In this document: positions 48,558 to 61,049 of the stretch, piece after piece
Layout: each line of letters begins with the position of its first letter
How positions within the stretch are numbered: the stretch's first letter is position 1
Assembly (NCBI GenBank): GCA_963715195.1
Contig: CAVQRT010000008.1
Coordinates: 45,268-109,267, forward strand
Source of the DNA: Thermodesulfovibrionales bacterium
GTDB lineage: Bacteria > Nitrospirota > Thermodesulfovibrionia > Thermodesulfovibrionales > SM23-35
Direction of reading: 5' to 3'
Length of the DNA: 64,000 bases
Program-made: the position numbers and the translations under genes
The notes under the pieces: model-generated
What the model was told of the DNA's origin: nothing
The model's database searches: none
Seen by the model: the letters and a program-made list of their open reading frames with translations, nothing else

Positions 48558-50365
48558 TTAACCTTTATCTTTTTTATTCCTTATTGTTTTCATTAAATCT
48601 TTTTCCAGTATCAAGTCTGATATGGACAGTTGCTTTTGTATGTAATCTCTATCAAGTTGTTTATCTTTGCTGACATAAGACCCATCGCGAAAAATCACGA
48701 AACTGTTACTTTCATTCAGAAGGTCTTTGCCTAAAAAACAGGTATCTGAAATATCAATCCCCAGAATATTAGTGATCGTCGGAGCAAAATCGATTAGTCC
48801 TCCGATAGTGTCTATGCTGATGTCCTAAACATTCTTATCAGGCAGCTTAATAATCAGAGGAATTTTTCTGAGTTCTTCCATATTACTGATCCCCACCATT
48901 TTTAAATCATTCTCTTCAAATCTTGCACGATGGTCTCCATAAATGGCGATAATAGTGTTTGACATTAAGTTATGATCAGATAGGTTTTGCAGAAACTCTC
49001 CTATTGCTGAATCAACATAGTGCATAGATCTCAGATAATTCCCTATCAGTTTTCCTTCCAAATCCCCTAAGGGGAAATTATCAATCTCGGCGGTGACGTC
49101 ATCAAAAGGCACATGGGTCGTCAGAGTTGTCAAAAAAACATAGAAAGGAGATGGCAGATTTCTTATTTTTTCTATACTTTGTGCAAAGAAACGCTTATCG
49201 CTTAACCCCCAACCGAGATGATCCTCTTTTGAATATGCATTTTCATAAAACTGATGCTCAAATCCTAATGCTTTCTCAAACACTGCCCTGTTCCAGTAGG
49301 TACTCCTATAGGCATGCATCGTTGCAGTTGTATAACCATGATCCCGGAGTATTTGCGGAAGGCAATAATAATCATTCTGAGCATACAGGAACGAAACTGC
49401 ACCTCTTCTTGATGGATAAAGGGAGCAGTTAGCAAGAAATGTTGCATCTGAAGTGTTACCGGACCATGTCTGATCATAAATTTGGTTAAAGTGGATGTCC
49501 CGTTTTTGCCAATCTATTTAAATTTGGAGTGACTTCAGTTCCTTTCCACTTCATGCCAATAACAAAATTTTGTAACGATTCCACCTGAATGACAATTAGA
49601 TTGCAACCGTGTCCACTTTCTTTCAAATCATTTTCTTTGCTTCTTATGTTTACTGTTAAAAAAGTCCCTTGTCAGTTCCGTGTCAGCTGCGAAACATTTG
49701 TTTTCTTGATTTGTGTTTCCAGATAATTGTAAATGTCAAAAATCTGATAATTGACAATCCCAGGAGTATAAACAAGAAATTTTCTTTCGAAAACAGACTT
49801 GAAATAGTTGTAGTTGAGCAGATTGAAAAAATACAAAGGAAAAATATTAAAAAAAAGCCCCAAAAGTAAAAAAAGACTGAAACCCCTTACCCAATTTAAT
49901 GCGGATATTAGCTGATGCGTGTTTTTTTAGCCAGGGAAGAGGAAAGGTAAAAAGATTAAATCCGCGACGAAGAAAAGCTCCTTGCCAATCATTTTAATGA
50001 TTATGGGAACAATAGAACTCAACATCGATATCTGATGTACATTGTAAAGAGAACCAAAGTCATTAAAAAAGCGAAAATAAAGGGACTGAGAAAGATACAG
50101 CAGGGATAAAATTGCGTTTAATGAAAACAGATATGTAAGCTTTCCGGTTCGATTCTTTATAAATAGTGAGACAGAGACTAAAAATAAAGTAATTCCGAAT
50201 GTCGGGAAGAAGAGTTAATAGGAATGAATAGAATGTAATTTTGTCATCGTATGATAAATATATGAATAATATTTCTTTGATAATCAGGATGCATAGAAAT
50301 ATAATGAAAGGGATATCATGCGCAGCGGCATAAAGAACAGATTTATTCTTCGATTTTAATTTCAT
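48558..50365 (-). CDS. LtaS-family phosphoglycerol transferase/sulfatase (multiple frameshifts)
   Basis: IQVES, TSDA, WNR, TLTTHVPF and YGDH motifs across fragments; N-terminal TMs. Confidence 0.7.
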
Positions 50366-50689
50366 GTCCAATGTCAGTATTTGAAGCATCAATTGTGCCA
50401 ATCGGAAGTTCGAGGACACTGAATGATTGGGATAGAGGCGGGTTAAACGATTCGGAGTGAGATTGCTGACAACAGCGATAACCTGATTTTTTTTATTTAA
50501 AAAAAGAACGTCTATGGGGAATTGCATAAAGAATGTATGGACTGAAAAACACGGTTTGATCCAGAGTGCTTCACCTTGAGGCAGTTCTTTTCTTCCAAGA
50601 AGCCCTTTCATTCGGGTGAAAAGGGTGTCTGCAACTCTGACGTTGGTTGCCAAAACTTTGCCGGTTCTGTTGTTAATTGCCTGTATCAT
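50343..50689 (-). CDS. DUF192 family protein (one frameshift)
   Basis: ADTLFTRMKGLLG, VHTFFMQFPIDV. Confidence 0.8.
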
Positions 50690-50703
50690 TTGTCATCTTT
50701 TTT

Positions 50704-52274
50704 TCATCCTCGTCTTCGACGACCACCGGTTCTCACATCCGGATATTTGTCGATCAGATGCTGGTTCTCGGGTGTGTTTTTTACAAAAATATTTGCGACT
50801 TTATCGGAATATATGAGTTTCCAATCATTTCTTTTCGAGGAGAACATTCGAGAGCGGACCATTTTGTGTGAAATATAATCCAGTTCACATTGTATTTTTT
50901 CAGGACATCCTCCCATCCTGATTTTATCTGTGTAACCTTCAGGTATTCATTCCCGATTTTTTCACCGTACATATCTGACCGGCCATCGAAGAATACCTTA
51001 TATTCAGGCCAAGCAGCATAGATGATATAGTCGCCAAACTCATCATTATTGAACATATTGCCGGCTAGCTTTTCTTTTTGGAAAAACTCAACGGCATCAA
51101 CCGGCAATTTATTCCTTGTTAAATTCATAGGACAATTGGTCTGTAAATACCATGACAGAAATGAGTACGATCATCCCAGATTGCCCATACATGATACTTT
51201 GCTACTGAATCTGTTTTTGCTGTTCTGTCAGATATGGCGAGAATTCTCTTGATCAATCTTCGTTCTTTGAATTCATGCAGAAGGTTATCTATCTGTCTTC
51301 CCAGAATCGGACTCACGATGATCGCAAAGAGTGGTATATATCTGGCTGAATACAGGGACATGTGGGTAAAAAGCAAGACCAGAATTATCTCTATTGCATT
51401 CAGTCTGAGCACCGATACACCGAACACAAAGATCATGAGAAGAAGCATATATTCATATCGCAGATCGTCATGAAAATTGGGTGGGAGAAATTCATTTACA
51501 TGATTCATAAGAAATTTATTTGAGATTATCTTGAAAGGAAAGACGAGAATCTCATAACCTTTCGGGTTGAGTAGCGTAACCAAAATACAGAATGAAGGAG
51601 AATAGAACAGGGTTTTTATTTTCCAATTTTATCCTTCCGCTCCTCTTCTTTAAAGATTGCCATGATAGCATTACCTGTCGATATAAATTCCAAGGAGCAA
51701 GAAGCCGGCAATAAAGCCTCCGTGAAGGTTTACCCACAGGAGCATGAGGGGAGGGAGGAGATAAAGGTAGTTCTTTTGTCTTGTATTGATAGGTATCGAG
51801 AATGATATACCAGAGCAAGGTATAAGAAGAGCGAGAAGATATGCGGCCTTGCAAGCCAGTGAATAATCGATGCACTGGTGCCAAGCGCGACGATAAATGC
51901 GGCAACGATGATACTGATGCCCGATGCCTCAGGAATCTCAAAAGGATTGCATACACTGATGCGATTATCAGTGCCATGAACAACAACGAGACCGGTGAGT
52001 CCAGAGAGCTTTGTGAATGAGTGCGAAAATTACCTCAGAAAGCCATTCATGAGCTGTCCACTCAAGGGGAGGGGTGATGTGGGAAAAAAGATCATGGTGG
52101 GGGACTGTGAGGGTTGTCTATAATGTATTCACCTGCTCGGATATGATAGCCGGTATCAGCATCTCCGAGGAGATTCACTGGACCCCTCAGAATGAAGATA
52201 AGGATGATGATGAATATGACTTCTGCTATAGAGGGTAAAAACCAGAAGATTTTTGAGGATTTGTTGGGGGTCAT
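50704..52274 (-). CDS. Multi-pass GT-C-like membrane protein (multiple frameshifts)
   Basis: DADTGYHIRAGEYI, HEWL, LNPKG, FFDGRSDMYG. Confidence 0.65.
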
Positions 52275-52306
52275 GACAGGTTAATGGGGAAATATAGATG
52301 TGCCAA

Positions 52307-52519
52307 TTATGAGCTCCCTCTATTTTCCCATTTAAGGGTTTCTCTCTTTTTAAACTCCTTTATTGCCTGTTTGATATCTAATCGTTCTTTCTCCCCAAGA
52401 GGAGAAGCATCACTTTCAGCAATGGTTTTCCAGAAAATATTGATAAGATCCTTTTTCGGCAAAGTCTTCAGCATATTGACAACAACCTCTTCTGGCATTG
52501 ATAGTGTCTTTGCAGTCAT
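52307..52519 (-). CDS. Small antitoxin-like protein (no partner seen)
   Basis: 70 aa with a GGAG SD; C-terminal E..IKQA..EFKKRETLKW pattern. Confidence 0.45.
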   Translation of the reverse strand: MTAKTLSMPEEVVVNMLKTLPKKDLINIFWKTIAESDASPLGEKERLDIKQAIKEFKKRETLKWENRGSS

Positions 52520-52588
52520 TCTTAACTCCTATGAATGAAAATGATACCTTTAAATATTCATTAATAGTCCATCAATAAACTTATATGT

Positions 52589-52940
52589 CGTCATCCTCCG
52601 GCTTGACCGGGGGATCCAGCAATTAAATCATCGTATAAATCCTTCCAGTCTGGATTTGATTCTTCAATAAGCTTCAATTTCCATTGACGATTGTATTTTT
52701 TCAATCTTTTTTCTCTCTGAATAGCATCGTGTCCTGTTTGAAACTGTTCATAATAGACAAGCTTATTTATACTATATTTTTCTGTAAATCCTTGAACCAA
52801 TTTATTCTTATGTTCCCAAATGCGCTTAATTAAATCTGAAGTCACTCCAATATACAATGTGCCATTTCTTTCACTTGCCAATATGTAAACATAGAAAATC
52901 TTCATAAAACCTGGATTCCCCGATCAAGTCGGAGAATGAC
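52589..52940. mobile_element. Candidate autonomous element: GIY-YIG gene bracketed by inverted GTCAT palindromes (copy G)
   Basis: CGTCATCCTCCGGCTTGACCGGGGGATCCAG (52589-619) and CTGGATTCCCCGATCAAGTCGGAGAATGAC (52911-40) flank the ORF. Confidence 0.65.
52591..52905 (-). CDS. Small GIY-YIG nuclease
   Basis: FYVYILAS..TLYIGVT, RIWEH, AIQREKRLK, NPDWKDL. Confidence 0.92.
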   Translation of the reverse strand: MKIFYVYILASERNGTLYIGVTSDLIKRIWEHKNKLVQGFTEKYSINKLVYYEQFQTGHDAIQREKRLKKYNRQWKLKLIEESNPDWKDLYDDLIAGSPGQAGG

Positions 52941-53050
52941 CGAAACTAACTCGTGGATCTCAAAACTCTCCTTGGCTATCTCCTCTCCTCGGCGAGTCTT
53001 CCCCCGTCGAGGGGGAGGGGAAAATGGAGTTTCCCATATATAGTGCCTTT

Positions 53051-53075
53051 AAAAAAAAGCCCCTGAAAGGGGCTT
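53051..53075 (-). terminator. Rho-independent terminator after the tad operon
   Basis: Minus strand AAGCCCCT-TTC-AGGGGC-TTTTTTTT. Confidence 0.8.
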
Positions 53076-53134
53076 GAATTTGTTATTCATTTTATCCTGA
53101 AAAATAATTATTTGAATAAGAAAATGTATATGGA

Positions 53135-53212
53135 TTACCTCTTGAATTTCACATAGATTAACGCCAGTTCTATTGCGATAACTATCAGGAGAATAGTATT
53201 GATATCCACCAT
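53135..53212 (-). CDS. 25-aa single-TM microprotein, absent from the ORF track
   Basis: MVDINTILLIVIAIELALIYVKFKR; strong SD AAAGGGGGTG; between tadC and the terminator. Confidence 0.6.
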   Translation of the reverse strand: MVDINTILLIVIAIELALIYVKFKR

Positions 53213-53235
53213 TCAAACACCCCCTTTCAAAACTC

Positions 53236-54157
53236 TTACATCTCGGAAAAGAATCTCGATATCCTGATGACGCCGGGGCCGAGAATAACGATAAGGATAG
53301 CTGGGAAGATAAAAAACACCAGCGGGAATATGAGCTTGACAGCAGTCTTTGCAGCAGCCTCTTCTGCTTTCTGTCTTCGGATCGTCCGCAATGAGTCAGA
53401 AAAAATCCGCAACGATTGCGCGAGGCTTGTTCCGAGCTTTTCTGTCTGAACAAGCATGGCAGCGAAGGATTTCAAATCTTCGACCATGGTCCGCTCACCC
53501 ATATCCCGGAGGGCTTCAAGCCGTGGCTTACCCGCACGTGTTTCGTTCGTTGCTATCCGGATTTCAGTAGCAAGCGGACTCTTTTTGAACTGCTGATCTT
53601 CGCAGACTTTAATCATGGCGGCATCCATACTCATTCCGGCCTCAACACAAATGGTCATGAGGTCGAGCAAATCAGGAAGGTCATGAAATATCCTCGTCTG
53701 TCTTTTCTGTCAGCCTGTTTCTAAGCCAGTATGTTGGCAGGAGAAATCCTGCGATAGCAAGAGCCAATGGCACTAACAATTCTTATGGTAGAATCTTTTT
53801 CAACAGGTATGCCATAGAATATGAGGTAGAGTCAACGGCAGACAGAATTGTTAAAGTCAATTTTGACACCCATAAATATTGCAATTCGTATCTTGCTTTA
53901 TCCCTGCGGCAACGAGCATTTTCTGATACTTGCCGTAAGTCCTCGGGTCGCATAGGAACTTTTTTCCCAAGCCTTCCAAAGAATATTTGCCATTTGGTTG
54001 GTTGTTGCTCAAAAACGCTGACTGCTTCCACGCGAGGCTGTATGCTTTCAATTCTCTCCTGAACGATCGATTTCCTTGGGTATGCAACATAGATCAGGAA
54101 TAAAAGTAGTCCGGCTATTCCTACGAACAACAGTAAAGACAAACCAATTAATGTCAT
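53236..54157 (-). CDS. tadC: Tad inner-membrane platform protein TadC (frameshifts)
   Basis: LDLMTICVEAG, AEEAAAK..KLIFPLV..FP. Confidence 0.85.
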
Positions 54158-54188
54158 AGTTGCCTCTCTTTTGGCTTGTTGTTTATCA

Positions 54189-55165
54189 TCAAATCTTTAT
54201 ATCGATAATCCTTCTGATAATAAAAAACCCGATAATCTGAGCAATGACCGCAGCAGCTATCAGTATTCTGCCAAGCTTGGCCTCAATCAGTTCCCCGATA
54301 TAGTCAGGAGCCATAAAATAGAATATTAATGCAGTGACAATTGGAAGCGCTGCAAGGACATAGCCTGAAAGTCGCGCCTGAGCAGTATAGACCCTGACCT
54401 GACGTCTGATTTTTAATCCGTTCCCGTATTGTCTTTGCAAGGTTTTCAAGTATCTCTGATAAATTGCCGCCTATCTCGCGGTAAATATTGACGGCAGTTA
54501 CAAAGAAACCGCATATCCGGTGGTGTCCATTCGGTATATCATATTGGAAAGGGAATCTTTAATGCGAAAGTCCATAGGCCTGCTCTTCATAGACAGATTT
54601 AAAGAGACCTGATATCGGATCAGACATCTCATTCCCGACTACCTGAATGGCAGCTAGCGAGGGAATGACCTGCCTTCAGAGAGCGCGACATCATGTCGAG
54701 GGCATGTGACGAATTGTTCGGTAAACCGATTCATTCTCTTCGCTTTTTGAATTTTCAGATAGAAAAAGGGAATTGAGACCAACAAGGATCATGAGCAACA
54801 AATGGCAGGAATTATCCCTCTCTGCAAGAGACCGCACCAAGGAGAAAACCTAAGGCAGCAAAGACGAGCACGATAAGGAGAAAAACCTTCACATCAAGTT
54901 TCAGGCCTGCCTTATCGATCCATTCATGGAGTTTTCGTATGACTTTCACCTTGTAAATGATTTTATCGATAGGGCTCATCTCTTGCAGGATTTCGATCTG
55001 AGATCTGACAGGAATCCCTCCCCGGCTTCAAGCGCAAGGTTCCTCAGAGCGTTTCTTGAGTTCATAAGCAGGCGAAGTTTTTACGGCAGCATACCCAAGA
55101 TAGATGGTAATCAGAACGAGCAGGGCTGCTATAAAAAATAAGACTGCAATAATAAGTAACATCAT
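54189..55165 (-). CDS. tadB: Tad inner-membrane platform protein TadB (frameshifts)
   Basis: [21 protein letters not shown]-terminal IIDIKI. Confidence 0.8.
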
Positions 55166-56479
55166 GGCTGTGTCCTCTCAAATATATGTGGCGGAACCTC
55201 AAAGCCAGAGACTTTGAGCTTTTCCATAAACCACGGCCTGACGCCGGTTGGCTGAAATTCTCCGAGAACCCTGTCCGTCCGGTCCTATGCCCTGTCTTCT
55301 CGAATTTGAAAGATGTCCTGCATGACAATGGTTTGCCCTTCCATGCCGGTTATCTCTGAAATCTGAACGATTTTTCTTGTGCCATCGGACATGCGCGACA
55401 GATGAACCACGACATTGATAGGCAGATGCGATCTGTTCCCTGATCGCCCGTTCAGGGAGATCCATGCCAGCCATTAATACCATGGTCTCAAGCCTTGAAA
55501 GGGCATCCCGTGCAGTGTTCGAGTGGACTGTGGAAAGAGAGCCATCGTGGCCGGTATTCATGGCCTGGAGCATATCAAGCGCTTCACCGCCCCTGACCTC
55601 ACCGACGATTATGCGGTCGGGCCTCATCCTCAGGGTGTTTCTGACGAGATCTCTCTGCGTAACTTCACCTTTCCCTTCAATATTCGGTGGCCGTGTCTCG
55701 AGTCTCACCACATGCTCCTGCTTCATCTGAAGTTCCGCAGAGTCCTCGATCGTCACAATTCTCTCGGTGTTAGGAATGAACTCTGAAAGGATGTTTAAAA
55801 GGGTCGTTTTGCCGGTACCGGTACCGCCGGATATGAGGATATTCAAGTCTTGATTTTTCACGCATCCTTCGAGGACTTTGGCCATATTTTGCGTGATAGA
55901 CCCGAATGCTATAAGGTCGGACATTTTCAGAGGGTCAACTCCGAACCGCCTGATGGAGAGCACCGGTCCATCAAGAGCAAGCGGAGGTATGATCGCATTT
56001 ACTCTTGATCCATCGGGAAGCCTCGCATCAACATACGGAGATGACTCATCAACCCTTCGCCCGATCTTGGAGACTATTCTGTCTATTATCTGGAGGAGGT
56101 GGTTATCGTCACGGAAAGAAAGGTCTACCTTGCTGAGCTTGCCAAGTTTTTCAACATAAATCTGATTATATCTGTTAACCAGGATATCAGAGATGTCAGG
56201 ATCATACAGAAGGGGCTCTATGGGGCCGAGACCGAATGTTTCATGAAGGATATCGACAACGAGGCTATCTTTTTCCTTGGAGCTCAGGGGAATCTTTTCA
56301 TCTTCGATAAGGTTTTCAACGATACGGCTGATTTCCCTGCTTAGAATGTCTTTCTCGATCAGGTCAAAACTGGTGAAATCGAGCCGTTCTATCAGCTTCC
56401 GGTGTATTTTTGCCTTTAGACTATGGAATTGCTCGAATTTCCCGGCCTTTGTCAGGTCTGACGGGTTTTCTATGGCCAT
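55162..56479 (-). CDS. tadA: Tad assembly ATPase CpaF/TadA (frameshift near 55420)
   Basis: [41 protein letters not shown]. Confidence 0.93.
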
Positions 56480-56495
56480 ATGATTAATCCCTCCC

Positions 56496-57629
56496 TCATT
56501 GATTGCTCGCAATTATGGATTTTGCCAAATCCTTCATGGATAAATTCAATTGAGACCTCGGAGCTCCTTCACTGATTGGCACCCCCTTATTCAGGCATGT
56601 CATTGTTGTATCGTAATCATTGGGAAGTGTATAGAATATGGGATAGTTGAGGGCTTTTTCCGTATCCTGAATAGTAATGTCACTTTTCTTGAGGTATCTG
56701 TTCGCGATGAGCTTAACCCTGTCTTTGCCGAGGCCAATTTGATCAAAATATCTCAGGTGTCTCTGCATGTTCTTTATGCTGGGAAGGCTCATGAAGAATA
56801 CCAGCAGTATCATGTCTGCCATCTCGATTGCTGTCGTTGTCCTCTCTGAAATAGTTTCTGCATCGATGATGATATATTTGAACATAGATTTGAGAAGGCT
56901 CAGCACCTTTTTGATTTCACTGCTCGAAATGGACACGCCTTCCTCGATTTTTTGAGGTTCGGCAAGCACCGAAATGCCTGATTCATGCTTTGCAATGACA
57001 CCCTGGAGAAAGTTTCTGTCGAGCCTGCTGATATTCATCGTAACGTCGCTTATTGTATATGATGGTTTCATGTTGAGAAAGGTTGTTACATCACCTGCAT
57101 TCAGATCAAGGTCGACAAGGACTGTCGATTTATCCGTCATATCGTGAATATTTGTTGCGAGATTGATTGCGATTGTTGTTACACCAGCGCCTCCCTTTGG
57201 GCTGAAGACCGTGATAATCCTGCCGGCTTCCTCTTCTGATGGTTTGACGAGCCAGAGCCTTCCGAGTTTCTGGAGTGCAAAGGTAAGGTCGGTATTCGAA
57301 ACAGGTCTCAGGAGATATTCTGTCGCACCTGCACGCATGACCTTGAGAATGGTATCGGATGATTTATCAGTGGCAGTGGCAAAGATGGAAACTTGAGGGA
57401 AGCGGCTTGATAGCTGACCGATTCTTTCAATAGCAAGATTGACGTCATCGCCAACCTCCATGATAACGACCATAGGGCGCTTCTTGTGGACAAGTTCATA
57501 TCCCTTTTCAAAGGTTGTGGCTGTACCGTCAACAACTACAGTATCTCCGATGTTTTCGATGTACTTCACCAGATTCTTGACGGATTCGAAGTCAGTGTCG
57601 ATGATTACGACTGAGATGTTCTGTGGCAT
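56496..57629 (-). CDS. cpaE: CpaE/TadZ (receiver-like + ParA/MinD ATPase)
   Basis: [24 protein letters not shown]. Confidence 0.88.
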   Translation of the reverse strand: MPQNISVVIIDTDFESVKNLVKYIENIGDTVVVDGTATTFEKGYELVHKKRPMVVIMEVGDDVNLAIERIGQLSSRFPQVSIFATATDKSSDTILKVMRAGATEYLLRPVSNTDLTFALQKLGRLWLVKPSEEEAGRIITVFSPKGGAGVTTIAINLATNIHDMTDKSTVLVDLDLNAGDVTTFLNMKPSYTISDVTMNISRLDRNFLQGVIAKHESGISVLAEPQKIEEGVSISSSEIKKVLSLLKSMFKYIIIDAETISERTTTAIEMADMILLVFFMSLPSIKNMQRHLRYFDQIGLGKDRVKLIANRYLKKSDITIQDTEKALNYPIFYTLPNDYDTTMTCLNKGVPISEGAPRSQLNLSMKDLAKSIIASNQ

Positions 57630-57688
57630 ATTCCTTGTTCAGTTCTCCTTCCGGTATATTTATTCAATTTATTCTTTATTTTCTCATC

Positions 57689-57719
57689 TGTCATTCCACG
57701 ACTTGATCGGGGAAACCAG
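57689..57719. repeat. GTCAT-tagged palindrome, solo (copy H)
   Basis: TGTCATTCCACGACTTGATCGGGGAAACCAG. Confidence 0.75.
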
Positions 57720-57809
57720 TTCCTTGCAATCCCGAATCTATTTCGACCGAATCATCTCCATAAAAAACAGCTTGGCCCCTTTACTTTTTTTGACTTTTCA
57801 ATTTTAAGA

Positions 57810-59049
57810 GGGCACCATAGTTATTTCCGCATTGGAAAATTTATCATTTTACCAATGGGGGATCGAGGGCTGCGACCATCTACAATCTCGACATTCAATG
57901 GGTGAAATGCCCGGGTCCAGCCCCCATACCCACCATGACGATTCCTTCAGGCCCACTGGCAACAGGAAGAGAATCATGACAAGCTCCATGCCCCTCAGGT
58001 ATTGCATCGGTTAACAATTACATCCACGAAGTTTCTAACATAAGAGGGAGCTGGCTGGCTTGTTGGATCGTCACTAATACAGCCAACAGCATTCAGTAGA
58101 AGGCAGTTTCTGGTAATATAGGGATTGTGACCTTCCAACCGTGGACAGGGACTCCCGTTTATCCCCCTGTCATCGCACTGTCAATCAAATTTATCTGCAT
58201 TACTTGCAGTGAGGCTGCATTTAACTTCCGTTGGTTGTATAAATATCTTGGCAACAAACATGGGCATGGGAATTTTTCCCCGTATCATATGTGATACTGT
58301 ACTATTCAGATTGGCTTGTGTTGCGTAGAGTGGTCGATGCACTAAGGCTGACCACTTGGTATCTTCATGTAGGTACTACTCTTGTCCAGGTGTTAGAATT
58401 TGTCGATAACACAGGAGGAGTAGTGCGCCGCAGTCTTCGTCACATAGCGGTAAAGGACCAAATGGTTAGCGGCAGACCGTGCAATCGCATCAGCCTTTGC
58501 AGCCATAAATGTCCAACCAGACACTTTCGGGAAAATTTTGTTTTAGCAGCATCCACCGGGCATTCCAATCTGCTCCAAGTTTTCCCGCGTTAACAGTGGT
58601 GTTACCGTTGCAGGGCAAAATTTAGTTCAACGGGTACCCGTTGAGTGAGCATTGAAGAGGTGTTATTTTGCCGTGTACCAACCGACGATATCACCGTTAG
58701 AATTAATTCAGGGTGTCATTCAATTAGAAGCTGGGCGGGGTATTACAATCTGTTGAATCTCTGGTGACAAGAAAAACTGGTTCGCCAGCGGCCTTATTCT
58801 TGCAGGAAAACTTCCATGCCTTGTCTGCGGGCTTTGAGAAAAACTACTGAATCAGGATCCCAAACGCTACCAAGTACGCCGCACCAGCAAGTGCTGCAGC
58901 ATCAGCAGCCACTTGAAGTTGATTTTTTGCAAAATACATGTAGGAAATATCGATATGGCCAATGAAGCAAGCATATATATAGTAACGAGCTCCAACATTA
59001 TAGCCATCATAACGAGGGTTATACCTTTGTGATTTCTTGCATATGTCAT
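57810..59049 (-). CDS. TadG-like pseudopilin/adhesin (heavily frameshifted; 3' end approximate)
   Basis: KG-hydrophobic prepilin-like start, LAIDI, LQVAADAAALAG read across frames. Confidence 0.55.
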
Positions 59050-59090
59050 TAAATTTTCTTCATTTCACTACCTCACTCAAAAAGTTTTAA

Positions 59091-59275
59091 AAGTCTCAAC
59101 GAGTCTCTACCGCCACTATGTTGTTTTATTGTCATAATCCAATAAATCTCGATTTCTATTAGTCTCCATTTAGTCTCAGTATTTTCCACAATCTCAATCA
59201 TGTCTCCATTTGTCTCTATGAGTCTCATGTCGTTATTTATCTCAACGAGTCTCAATGAATCTCTATTGTGTCTCG
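59091..59275. repeat. Degenerate ~10-bp tandem repeat (AGTCTCAATG-like)
   Basis: Recurrent (A/T)GTCTC and AATCTC units at roughly 10-bp spacing. Confidence 0.7.
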
Positions 59276-60985
59276 GCTTTGTTATCCGCTCCTTTTCCGC
59301 TTTCATCGCTAACCGCTCCTTCGCCTCCTCCGGGCATCGGTATCCACTGGAATTGTCTCTCTTCCTCAGGAGTTGGCCTATTGTCTGTCGGGAGTTCAAT
59401 TTTTTCACCCGGTGGTATTGCCTTACCCAATTTCGGAGTTATTACGAATACCAGTTCCTTTTCTCTTATTTCATCCCTTGTGCTTCTGAAGAGTGCTCCC
59501 AATATCGGGATATCTCCCAGAATAGGTATCTTTTGTATGTTCTTTTTCATCTCTTCAGAGAGAAGGCCTGCAAGGATAAGGCTTTCTCCTTCTTTCAGGT
59601 CAACGCTTGTATTTACAGTCCTCGTATCAATCTCTGGAGCGATAAGGCCCTGTAATGTAATATAGCGGGAAACAGCGCTAACCTCAGCGGGATCTATTTT
59701 TAACCGTATTGCACCGGTCTCAAGGACTTCAGGTGCAAAGTGAAGCCTGATACCAACTTCTTCAAACGTTATTGATGGTGTCGCTCCTGTTCCGAATCCA
59801 TAAACAGTCTGTATAGGAATCCTTGTGCCGACGTGGAATTTCCCTATTTCACCACTTCTGACAATCAGGTTGGGCTCTGCCAGAATTTTCCCAAAGCCTT
59901 TTTCCTGCAAAGCCTTCAGAACTGCAGCTACCCCGCTCGGGAAGTGTGCAATGCCAATCTGAGCCGGGGTAGTATTAAGATCGAAGCTTCCCAGCCCCGG
60001 GCCAACGCCGGTATTTCCAAGGGCAGAGGTCGAACTCGTTGTTGTATAAGGAACTCCGTTAATAATAGTAGTTGAAGTACTCGCAACGCCGGTAGTTGCA
60101 GTTTGACCTATGACCCCATCTGGTGTGGCATAAAGACCGGGTGCAGTAAATTCGAAATTTTTATCCTTGATCAGGTAGCTTATGCCCAGCTCCTTCAATT
60201 TGGTCTTATCTATCTGCGCAACCTTGACCTCGAGGACAACCTGCTGGGCTTCCGGCATGGTGATGAGATTTAAAATGCAGAGAGCTTCGGTTTCCTCTTC
60301 CTGCGCCTGCTGCATTGCCTGCTGAGCTACATTAACGGAGACATAACCGGCTGGCTTTGTCTTCGCTCTCTGTTTTCTCTGCATGGATCGGATGGAGTGA
60401 CTCGCCTCGTGAAATGCCTTCACAACCCGTCGGATGCATAAAGTAAGGCAACCTTTTCGATCTTATCGATCATGTGCCTGTTGCTGGCAGTTCCTGCTAA
60501 AACAATCGTATCTCCTGCCATTTCAACTCTAACATTAGAATCAGGCGCAAGCGATTTTATTTTCTTTCAATGGCATCAGCCCTTTCCCTTTCAAATTCAA
60601 CCATGCGCTCCCTGTGGACAATGACATCAAAGAAACTCTTGTTGCCCTGTTTGTCCCAGACAATGAGGCTTGTGATTCCGGGTTTTTTCCCGTAGATGAT
60701 TACTTCGACCATTTTCGTTGCAGGAAAGGCGAGGAGCGGTTTTATATCAGCGATTTCATTGTTGGCGAGAGAGACCTGTTTGATTTCCTGTAGGGGTTTG
60801 TTTATTTTGAGGACAGTTTCTTTCCCAACGATGACATCGATGGGTACTGCCTTTTTCCCGACTGCCGCAGGGTCAAGTTTTACAATGGTTTCTTCAGCGG
60901 ATGCATTAGGCAATAAGGTAAATGAAAAGATTAGAGCACATAATACAATTGGCAAACACGGTAGAAAGCTCCCCTTTTTATTCAT
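59263..60985 (-). CDS. cpaC: Tad secretin CpaC/RcpA (frameshifts)
   Basis: GKKPGITSLIVWD, QVVLEVKVA, LAEPNL, IPILGDIPILGALF, ELVFVITP. Confidence 0.88.
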
Positions 60986-61049
60986 AAGACCCTCCTTTAT
61001 GTATTTTGTTAAAAATCCCAATATTCTTAAAAATCATAAGTTTTATTTC

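Noticed and set aside
59073..59408. 111-aa ORF with RLIE repeats
   Set aside because: Translation of the GTCTC tandem repeat, overlapping cpaC
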